Both the position numbers and the translations under genes were made by a program. The notes beneath the pieces were generated by a model. That model was not told the DNA's origin, made no database searches, and saw only the letters and a program-made list of their open reading frames with translations. DNA of 36,327 nucleotides, taken from positions 1-36,327 of the IMG/VR virus record IMGVR_UViG_3300030372_001470; one strand, written 5' to 3'. This DNA comes from a virus. Taxonomy: Duplodnaviria; Caudoviricetes. Shown here in pieces: positions 25,099 through 33,040 of the stretch (position 1 is the stretch's first letter; every line of letters starts with the position of its first letter).

Positions 25099-27345
25099 TT
25101 ATCCTCCTAATGCAATGGACATAGCTATTGGATCGTCGAGCGTACAAGCAATCGTTACTGTATCTGTTGATCCACCGGTTGTTGTAATGTTGGTTCCAGC
25201 TGCTATCGTAACTGTGTTACCATTCGTAATTGTCTGGTTCGATCCAGACGTTCCAGCCAAAGTAAAGCTGGTCATATCGGAGTCAGCACCAGATTGGACA
25301 AACTGAACACCAACACCATCTTCATTAGAAAATGATCCGTTACTAACAACGTGTGTTACGGCAACTTTATTATATCCAGAAGCATCAGTAACCGCACCGC
25401 TTACCTTAAATAAAGCATAGGTTCCGGTTGTTCCCTCTTTCGTTATTTGAACATATCCTTTAGCAACTGTGTTTGTTACATCATCCCAGCTTTGAACAAA
25501 TGTTGATATATCCGCACCAGCATCATCAGCATCATCGACGTACAAAACCGAAACACTTGAAAGAGTTCCATGATTAAACGCGATCTTTCCGGCTCCTGGA
25601 TCCGCATCACTCGTCGAACTGTTCCAGGTCATTCCAAGACCAGACGTTCCAGCTGTAGATCCTGTCGCGCCTGTGGCTCCTGTGTCACCTTTCAAGCCTG
25701 TCATCGTAAAATGAACAGATAATCTATCCGCTGCACTAAATGTATTGCTTGAGGATAAATGCGCCACCGCTAATTTTACATATCCCGAAGCATCCGTACT
25801 CGCGCCGGTTATCTTAAATCGTGCATACGTCGTAGGATCATCACGATCCACAATGTGAACAAATCCTCTTATGGTACTTGTGCTATCATCCCATGCCAGC
25901 AAATCTGTAGAAATATCAACACCATTAGCATCTGAGTCATCTATATATATTGCTGTAGCAGAGGCATAGGTTCCATTGTTTAACCTTAATTCTCCAGCGC
26001 CAGGATCCGCATCACTTGTCGAGTTATCAAACGAATAGAGATAGCCAGGCGCAGCACCATCATTACCGGTCCTTGTAAACTGTATTGATAATTCGTCTGC
26101 CGCACTAAAGGTATTATTTGAAACAATGTGACTAACAGCCAGCTTGTTATATCCGCTTGCATCCGTAGCTGATCCGTTAATCTTGAATTTCGCATACGTC
26201 GTTTTGTCGTTGATATCAACAATATGCAGAACACCTCGATCGAGCGCCGTTGAGTCATCCCACGTTATCGTATCGGCTTGTGTCGAAACTCCATGTTGAT
26301 CCGCATCGTCTATATATATAGCCGTAACGCTTGAATATGTGCCGTGATTGAATGCGATCTCACCGGCTCCTGGATCAGTATCGCTTGTACCAGTATCAAA
26401 CTTGTAGAAATAACCAGCTGATACTCCGTCCTCACCAGAGGCTGCAAACGAGATCCAGATCTTGTCATCCGCTGCAAACGTGCCGGATCCGTCAACATAA
26501 GTTAGATTAACTTTTGTGTAACCACTTGCATCAACCAATGCACTACTGATTTTAAATACATGCCAGGTATCAAGAACACCGGCTTTACTTAATCGAATAC
26601 GTCCTCTGTTTGTCGGATTTGCTGATACATCATCCCATGATTGAACCCATGCGCTAACATCTGTGCCGTTATATTCCAGATCATCAACATAAAGAATAGT
26701 AGCGCTGGCGATTGTTGCGTGATTTAATCGTATAACTCCAGATCCAGGATCGCTGTCTGTTGTAGAGGTTGCAAACTTGAATAAGGCAGAATCCCCTCCA
26801 GCTGGCAGATAATCAGCAACAGTAGCTAAATCACCACTACTATCAAATCCCAGCGTTTTGCTTGCTCTAGTTGATGCGTTTTCCGTAAATTCACTTGATG
26901 TGATCGTGTTAGTACGACTTAGTTTTATTGATCGACCTAGTTCCTCGTCGTGCTGCTGCACCATTCTGACGATCTTATCCATGTTTGTTTCAAGCGTTTC
27001 CGCTGGAAATGGATCGTTAGCCACCAGGTTCATTGATTGCGTATTTGATAATTCAGATCTTATAACAACAGTTTCACCGGAGGCTGGTCTATAATCTGTG
27101 GAGGAATAATGAGCATCACTTGATGTTCCGGTATTATACTTAAATAAAACAGTACCACCGGTAGACACACCAGCACCGGTCACTATGTAATGCGTATCTT
27201 TTGTTTTTACAGTTTCCGTACCAGCGCTTGACCGGATAATAACTGTCAGATCTCCCTCTGCAAATATAGGAAAATCATAAGCAAAAGAATGAGTTGATCC
27301 ATCTCCCGAATATGACTTCGAGATTGTTGTAGTGCTAATTGTCAT
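25099..27345 (-). CDS. Tail fibre (T7 gp17-like N-terminal attachment domain) with four ~123-aa repeats
   Basis: SYSGDGSTHSFAYDF...FPAETLE..MDK; four DPG(A/S)G...YxDD...WDD...DASGY units; ends IAMSIALGG. Confidence 0.87.
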   Translation of the reverse strand: MTISTTTISKSYSGDGSTHSFAYDFPIFAEGDLTVIIRSSAGTETVKTKDTHYIVTGAGVSTGGTVLFKYNTGTSSDAHYSSTDYRPASGETVVIRSELSNTQSMNLVANDPFPAETLETNMDKIVRMVQQHDEELGRSIKLSRTNTITSSEFTENASTRASKTLGFDSSGDLATVADYLPAGGDSALFKFATSTTDSDPGSGVIRLNHATIASATILYVDDLEYNGTDVSAWVQSWDDVSANPTNRGRIRLSKAGVLDTWHVFKISSALVDASGYTKVNLTYVDGSGTFAADDKIWISFAASGEDGVSAGYFYKFDTGTSDTDPGAGEIAFNHGTYSSVTAIYIDDADQHGVSTQADTITWDDSTALDRGVLHIVDINDKTTYAKFKINGSATDASGYNKLAVSHIVSNNTFSAADELSIQFTRTGNDGAAPGYLYSFDNSTSDADPGAGELRLNNGTYASATAIYIDDSDANGVDISTDLLAWDDSTSTIRGFVHIVDRDDPTTYARFKITGASTDASGYVKLAVAHLSSSNTFSAADRLSVHFTMTGLKGDTGATGATGSTAGTSGLGMTWNSSTSDADPGAGKIAFNHGTLSSVSVLYVDDADDAGADISTFVQSWDDVTNTVAKGYVQITKEGTTGTYALFKVSGAVTDASGYNKVAVTHVVSNGSFSNEDGVGVQFVQSGADSDMTSFTLAGTSGSNQTITNGNTVTIAAGTNITTTGGSTDTVTIACTLDDPIAMSIALGG

Positions 27346-27350
27346 ATTTT

Positions 27351-29816
27351 TTACCTCGTTAGGTTCTCAAAATTGGGAGCACGTCTTGGCTCCATTCTCC
27401 CTGGTCGCCACCAATAGCTGTTGCCATATTCTGTTTTTTGCCTTTTTTCTAATCGTCGCCTTTTACTTCTTATTTTTGGATCCGTCATTTCTGACAACTG
27501 ATCCCACACCAAGCGCTCCATTCCCAACCTTGAATACCAAAGAGATCCACCAGGCATATAGCGCTTAACAAAGTTTACTGTTTCAGCTGCCGCATTTGTG
27601 TCCTCTCCTTGTGCTAGCTGTAATAAGTTTCCTATTGTTAGTTTTCTAACATCATCAGCAAATCCTACAGCTGGTCCGGCAATCGCTGTACCCAATCCTT
27701 GACCAAATCTGTTTACATCCGAGAAAAGAAAATCTCCATACAACCCAAATCCACCAGATGCCATTAATGCTTGACCCCAAAACTTCGGATCGTCCATTGG
27801 TCTAGGATCCCGACCTTTCGCTAATTCTTTCATTTGCAAACCAAAGGCTGCTAATACTGTGCCGCCGATAATAAACTGTGCCAGGTATCCAGCTTTCTTA
27901 TTATTCTTTAGCTGCATTGCGCCTCGCATCATGTGTGTATTCATAATCGTTACACCGAAATTTTTATACATCGCAAAGGATCGTAGGATCTCACCGCCAA
28001 ATGTTCCAGGACTTGTACCACCGGTAAGAAACATTCTTGATCGTAAAGATCCGGTAGGAACCGCAAATTCTGTTTCCGTGTTTACCATTTCTAAGATCTT
28101 CGTGCCTAACCGCTGCGCCTCAAACTCATCTATATCTGTTCGATCTATAAGGTTTTGAACACTAAAAAACGTAGCACCGCTTTCATCTAGTAACTCGGTT
28201 TGCCGTATAACCTCCCAATCTCTTGAGGAAAAACCATATCTTTCAAGCGCTCCTTTTAATCCCTCATCCAGCTGGTCAAAGTTTTTACCAACATTATCAG
28301 CCAGGGTTCCTAGAAATTGCTGCCCAAATGCCCATCTTCCAGCTTGTGTCCAGGGAGATAAGAAAGAGGCACGCATAACAAAATCACTTATTCGCCTAGT
28401 GTACTCCGGACCACTAATCTCTCCAATATAACGCATCTGTGCAGAGGCTATCGTTGTCCAATGATCGGCAATTAATCCTAACCTGGTCGCTAGCTTACCG
28501 CGTTCCTTTGCGCCAAGAGGCTCCATATACTTCATTACTTGTCCAAGCGTTTTAACCTGGGGTAATCCATTAAACTTTCGCGCTAAACTCTGACTATTTA
28601 GATCTGTTACAGCTGTAAAGAACGTAGCGCCTAACTGAGCAGCCGTTAGGATATTTCGTAAACCAGACATGGTATTAGCAGCAATTCCGTTTATAGGCGC
28701 GTTAAGAGTTCCCATGTGCGCCCTATACAACTTGTCCATCTTATCGCCAGCTGCCCTGGCTTTATCTGCACCCTTTCCGGCTTCTGCTGCACGCGCATCA
28801 AGTGATGTTTTTATCGCATTCATCGTTGTTACCGGATTTGGACCGAGCACTTCCATCATGCCAATATCACGCGACATTGAGGAAATATGCGACATCATTG
28901 TATCGAAAGCGTTTACGTTGCCAAATTGCTCCTGGTATTCCATCCAAGCATCAGCATTTCTAAATTTAAGAAAACGATGATCTTGCCGGCGATTTGCCAT
29001 CGATCGACCCTGGAGAACGGCTCCCTTTTTAACTTTATTAAATCCCTCCTGGGTTATTGTGGTGTAAACCTCGTTTAAAACTGCCTTTAATCGTACCTCA
29101 TTAAATGCTAATCCGGTCTGTTCATCGATCATATTTTCTGTATCGAGCCGGCTATAGGTATAATCTACCCATTCACTCTTTGGCACTTTTCGGATCCGAA
29201 TAGCATCATGGACTTGAGGCATTCCCCAATTTGCTAGTTTTTGTATAGCACCACCAGCTGCATTAAAGCGCTTTCTAAGCATATCGGTAACTTCTGACCA
29301 GGCTCTAGCAAACTCCCTTGCAGCAGTATCACCGGTATTTTCTCCGAATAACTCTCTTACCAGGTTCTTTTGTGTCGCCTTATTTTGCGTTTCTCCGAAT
29401 ATATTTCTCTTAAATGAGGCTAGGATCTCAGACATTCTACCATGTGCCAGGCTCCTAACAGCATCTGCTCTTTGCTCTACTGACGAAAACTTCTGATCTC
29501 TAACGTGACCAAGCAGATTAACAGCTGCATCATTCGGATCCAGATTACCAAACTGTGTTCGGTGTGTGTCCAGGATCCCCTCGATCTCGCGCCAGGTTCT
29601 TGCCTGGAGTAATTTCTTTCGTCTTGTTTCAAACTTTTGCCGGCGAATTGCATCTAAAGTATCGGCTGCCGCTCTTGCTGCTGCCGGTGCGTTTGCCATA
29701 TTACCTCGATATTCGCCCTCCAGCTGGTCAAACATTGTATTAATTTCGGCAGCATCTTCCTCTCGAATAAGACCCTCGTTAACACCATCATTAATACATT
29801 CTCTAAAACCGGTCAT
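27351..29816 (-). CDS. Large internal virion (ejection) protein
   Basis: 821 aa, helical; RFNAAGG, PQVHD, LGPNP, KGRDP, GGFGLYGDFL, LWYSRL, YWWRPG; upstream of the fibre gene. Confidence 0.78.
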   Translation of the reverse strand: MTGFRECINDGVNEGLIREEDAAEINTMFDQLEGEYRGNMANAPAAARAAADTLDAIRRQKFETRRKKLLQARTWREIEGILDTHRTQFGNLDPNDAAVNLLGHVRDQKFSSVEQRADAVRSLAHGRMSEILASFKRNIFGETQNKATQKNLVRELFGENTGDTAAREFARAWSEVTDMLRKRFNAAGGAIQKLANWGMPQVHDAIRIRKVPKSEWVDYTYSRLDTENMIDEQTGLAFNEVRLKAVLNEVYTTITQEGFNKVKKGAVLQGRSMANRRQDHRFLKFRNADAWMEYQEQFGNVNAFDTMMSHISSMSRDIGMMEVLGPNPVTTMNAIKTSLDARAAEAGKGADKARAAGDKMDKLYRAHMGTLNAPINGIAANTMSGLRNILTAAQLGATFFTAVTDLNSQSLARKFNGLPQVKTLGQVMKYMEPLGAKERGKLATRLGLIADHWTTIASAQMRYIGEISGPEYTRRISDFVMRASFLSPWTQAGRWAFGQQFLGTLADNVGKNFDQLDEGLKGALERYGFSSRDWEVIRQTELLDESGATFFSVQNLIDRTDIDEFEAQRLGTKILEMVNTETEFAVPTGSLRSRMFLTGGTSPGTFGGEILRSFAMYKNFGVTIMNTHMMRGAMQLKNNKKAGYLAQFIIGGTVLAAFGLQMKELAKGRDPRPMDDPKFWGQALMASGGFGLYGDFLFSDVNRFGQGLGTAIAGPAVGFADDVRKLTIGNLLQLAQGEDTNAAAETVNFVKRYMPGGSLWYSRLGMERLVWDQLSEMTDPKIRSKRRRLEKRQKTEYGNSYWWRPGRMEPRRAPNFENLTR

Positions 29817-32800
29817 TTAACACAATATCCCATTCGCTCAATCATCTTATTTTCATAATCAATTTCATCTTTAATCTGCCGCATTGTTTGATTGACGACA
29901 GTAACCTCATTGGTTGCATCGTCTATTCTTTGCCCGACCGGAATTTCTAGGTCTAATTCCGCCTCTGTGTTGACGTTTTGAGCGCTTTCATCTATACTTT
30001 TAGTAGGAGAACTACTAATGGCTAAATCATCTGTTTCGTTTTGTAATTGGGATTTCAGACCAGCGCTGCTGTCTGAAGAACCTCTAAAAGCTGTTGCCGT
30101 TGTTGAGCCTGGTGGATCCTGGGAGGAGGTCGATGCCCTTGACGTTTTCCACTCCGCTAGCCTTGTTGCAGACGAGGCTTCATTCAAATCAATGTTTGAG
30201 AGTACCTTTGGTCCACTATCAATACCGGATAACTTTCCCTCTGAGGCTTGAATATCCTTTTTCAAAGCATCCCTATAAAGAACCTTTTGTTCTTCATTTA
30301 ACCTAGCTATTTCTGCTGGATCCTTTGCTGATCGAGCCTTTGTATAAAGTTCTGTACCCTTTCCAAACTTTGCTGCTTTAACCTCCGGTGTCCACATTTG
30401 GATCTCTGCAATAATGCCGTTTGGTGTCCTAACCAACAATTTTCTGTCCGAGTAACCCTCCGGATACACTTGCCAACCGGTATCGAGAACATCTGCAACC
30501 TTTGAAAATTCTTCCGATACCTTATTTGCTTGATCTAAACTCTTAACAATAAAACCACCTCTAGCAATATCCGTCATCTGCTGCGCTGTTTTGTATTTCT
30601 TACGGATCATCTTTTCAGCAGCGGTCGCTTTTTCTTTTAGACCAGGATTTTCAAATTTTACTCCTAATTCTGCTTCTAATCTTTTTCCGGTTCCAGCTAA
30701 CCACTCTTGGGAGGCTGGTGCTAGTTCATAAATATCGTCAACTGTTTCTATTGGCTGCGCTAATTTTAATTTAGTTTCGGCAACCTCTGGCTCTAACCCC
30801 TCTCGTAAAGGCGGAAACATATCCGTTTCCATCTGATTCATCTGTTTTTGAGATCCTAATCCAGCTGGATTGTCGAAATCCTCTAAACTTTTTTCAACTG
30901 ATCTTGTCGGTATTTCGCCGTTTTGCGGCGGAGCATCGATAGTGAGTCCTGGATCATGTAAGATTTCCCCATTGAAATCGCCTCGATCAACTGCTCCTCT
31001 GACAGAGTCGACAAAGCTCTCTGTAGCCTTGTTGTACTGTCCGTCGCTTTGTTTTGCGATCCTTGCGGCAGCTGTGAGATCGTCGCTGAGTTGTCCTCGT
31101 CTGTTGGCGAGCGTTTGGATAAGCTGGATTGCTTGTCCGTCTTTTTGGATTTTTTGCTCATTTGCGCTCCTTGCTAGCTGGTTTCCCTCGCTCTCAAATT
31201 TCGTTTGGTTTTTTACTATAGTATTAAATGCCGATTTATCACGTTGCAAAACCTTAACAGCATTATCTAAAATTTTTGCTCTTTCAAAATAGAGCGACTC
31301 TTCTTCCAAAGCATTACCAAATAAACTCTCCTGGTTAACTTTTTCTGTGCCGCTATCCATTACTTGCCGGATAATAGACTCTGCCTGGAGATCATTTTCC
31401 GGCTTTGCCTTTGCTAAAACATTCATAGCTGCGCGCTGCATCGTCGCATCTTCTGGAATCATCCGACCAACTAATGCCGTTTGTTGTGGAGAAACTAATC
31501 CATTAACAAACAAACCATAAGCCTCATTGTCATTAATCTTAACAATACTTCTGGCTTGTTTTACTAAGGCTGATCTTGGCGGTAATGTTTTAAATTTTTG
31601 CGGATCGCCTCTAAGTATTTTGACAGCATCGAGAACAGTACCGGTTCCCTCACCAATGTTTTTAACAGCTGCTCTCACCATTGCATTTTCGACAGAAATT
31701 CCGTCTTTTTCTCTCAACGTAATACCTAACAGAAATACATCTTGATTTGGATCTTTCTCTTTTATTCTTTTAGCTAGCGCTAATCTTTGGTGTCCGTCAG
31801 CAATAAACAGTTTTCCATCTGCTCGTTCATGTACTAAAACAACTCCAGATTGTTCCTGGTTCCATTGCACTTCGCCTCGTAACTGCTCTGTTACACCAAA
31901 CTCGTCGCTGCCCTCTTTAAACTGATAGCTCTGGGCATCCACGTTTAATTCTTCTATCTCATATCTTGCGTAAATATCATTAATAGTTGCTCTAGGCTTT
32001 GCTCCTGGATTAGCTACGTTTTCAAGTTCAGCAGCTTTTGGACCGCTTGCCGGTTCATTCGTTACAGTAGGAGCCTCACCATTATCTATGGCATCAGCAT
32101 GGGCATCCACGCGCTGCAAGTGCTCGTCAACATCATTTATAGGAGAGGTTCCTACTGTCGCCTCAACTTCCTCCATAATCGATTCAGCTGCCCTGGCATC
32201 AGCAGAAACCCTTAGACCTAAACGCTCTGAAGCAGACTTTATCGCGTTATATCCCTTTTTTGCTTGGTTTAAAGTTAGCTTTACTGTGTCGCCACCGACC
32301 TTAAATGCAAGTGGAAAGGCAGCGCTTAACGCTCCGGCAGCCGCAACATTGTAAGCAAAATCCTCTACAGTATATGGCAAACCTAATTCTTTATACCAAT
32401 CAGCTACCTCTTTTTGGATAAATACTTCAGTTCCAGCACCTATCATTGCCTCACGCAACATTATACTACCAATAGATGCAGCGCCATTAGCAAAAAAGCC
32501 AAGACCCATTGTACCCATCATTACATCTTGCATAACCGGATCATCAAGAGTTCCGACCATTTCTCCAAGAAACCTGGCTGGCATATTGGTCCAATCAGCT
32601 GACCTTTCTGCTATATCTTCATATTGTTCGCTTTCATGTAAGGCAGTTTTAATTGCACGATCAATAATCCAATCGTGAGTTAAAGTTGCCATTTCCGGAC
32701 CTAACATCTCCTCGTTGTTTTTTACAAAATCGAGTATTTTATTTACTTCTGCATTATACTCTATACGCGTATCTGATGGAGCCAGATAAGTTCCATAAAC

Positions 32801-33040
32801 ACCTCGATAAAGTTTTTGAGTTGGATTTTTAAAATCCGTACCAGCTTTCTTATTTATATCTTCAATTATAGGATCCCAAGCGTTTTGTAAGCTGCGTGTT
32901 TTTGAGCTTGTGTTACTCATGTGAACCGCTCGCCTTACTCCAGCACCAAAGTTTTCCTTAAAAGTAGTTTGGCTGGTATCGACACCATCATACATATCAA
33001 GGTAAGACTTACTAAGTTGCTTTTGAAATATTCCACTCAT
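29813..33040 (-). CDS. Internal virion protein with ParB-like (~31610-31970) and RelA/SpoT-like nucleotidyltransferase (~30260-30740) domains
   Basis: Position among ejection genes; GVVLVHERADGKLFIADGHQRL; LKEKATAAEK, MTDIARG, GYSD, AEIQMWT. Confidence 0.75.
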   Translation of the reverse strand: MSGIFQKQLSKSYLDMYDGVDTSQTTFKENFGAGVRRAVHMSNTSSKTRSLQNAWDPIIEDINKKAGTDFKNPTQKLYRGVYGTYLAPSDTRIEYNAEVNKILDFVKNNEEMLGPEMATLTHDWIIDRAIKTALHESEQYEDIAERSADWTNMPARFLGEMVGTLDDPVMQDVMMGTMGLGFFANGAASIGSIMLREAMIGAGTEVFIQKEVADWYKELGLPYTVEDFAYNVAAAGALSAAFPLAFKVGGDTVKLTLNQAKKGYNAIKSASERLGLRVSADARAAESIMEEVEATVGTSPINDVDEHLQRVDAHADAIDNGEAPTVTNEPASGPKAAELENVANPGAKPRATINDIYARYEIEELNVDAQSYQFKEGSDEFGVTEQLRGEVQWNQEQSGVVLVHERADGKLFIADGHQRLALAKRIKEKDPNQDVFLLGITLREKDGISVENAMVRAAVKNIGEGTGTVLDAVKILRGDPQKFKTLPPRSALVKQARSIVKINDNEAYGLFVNGLVSPQQTALVGRMIPEDATMQRAAMNVLAKAKPENDLQAESIIRQVMDSGTEKVNQESLFGNALEEESLYFERAKILDNAVKVLQRDKSAFNTIVKNQTKFESEGNQLARSANEQKIQKDGQAIQLIQTLANRRGQLSDDLTAAARIAKQSDGQYNKATESFVDSVRGAVDRGDFNGEILHDPGLTIDAPPQNGEIPTRSVEKSLEDFDNPAGLGSQKQMNQMETDMFPPLREGLEPEVAETKLKLAQPIETVDDIYELAPASQEWLAGTGKRLEAELGVKFENPGLKEKATAAEKMIRKKYKTAQQMTDIARGGFIVKSLDQANKVSEEFSKVADVLDTGWQVYPEGYSDRKLLVRTPNGIIAEIQMWTPEVKAAKFGKGTELYTKARSAKDPAEIARLNEEQKVLYRDALKKDIQASEGKLSGIDSGPKVLSNIDLNEASSATRLAEWKTSRASTSSQDPPGSTTATAFRGSSDSSAGLKSQLQNETDDLAISSSPTKSIDESAQNVNTEAELDLEIPVGQRIDDATNEVTVVNQTMRQIKDEIDYENKMIERMGYCVK
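29970..29998 (+). promoter_or_regulatory. Near-consensus sigma70 promoter antisense within the virion gene
   Basis: TTGACG (29970-75), 17-bp spacer, TATACT (29993-98); AGGAGA at 30005-10; ATG at 30018. Confidence 0.8.
30018..30251 (+). CDS. Nested antisense gene (77 aa), candidate immunity/antitoxin protein
   Basis: Own promoter and RBS; acidic, globular-looking sequence; the overlapping minus-frame peptide is Ser/Thr-rich and linker-like. Confidence 0.72.
   Translation: MAKSSVSFCNWDFRPALLSEEPLKAVAVVEPGGSWEEVDALDVFHSASLVADEASFKSMFESTFGPLSIPDNFPSEA

Noticed and set aside
22223-27345. Diversity-generating retroelement, as in BPP-1
   Set aside because: No reverse transcriptase and no template/variable repeat pair seen; fibre repeats are diverged at the protein level
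30870-31292. 140-aa plus-strand ORF inside the virion gene as a second nested gene
   Set aside because: No promoter or RBS seen; Ser/Leu/Phe-rich antisense shadow, unlike 30018-30251
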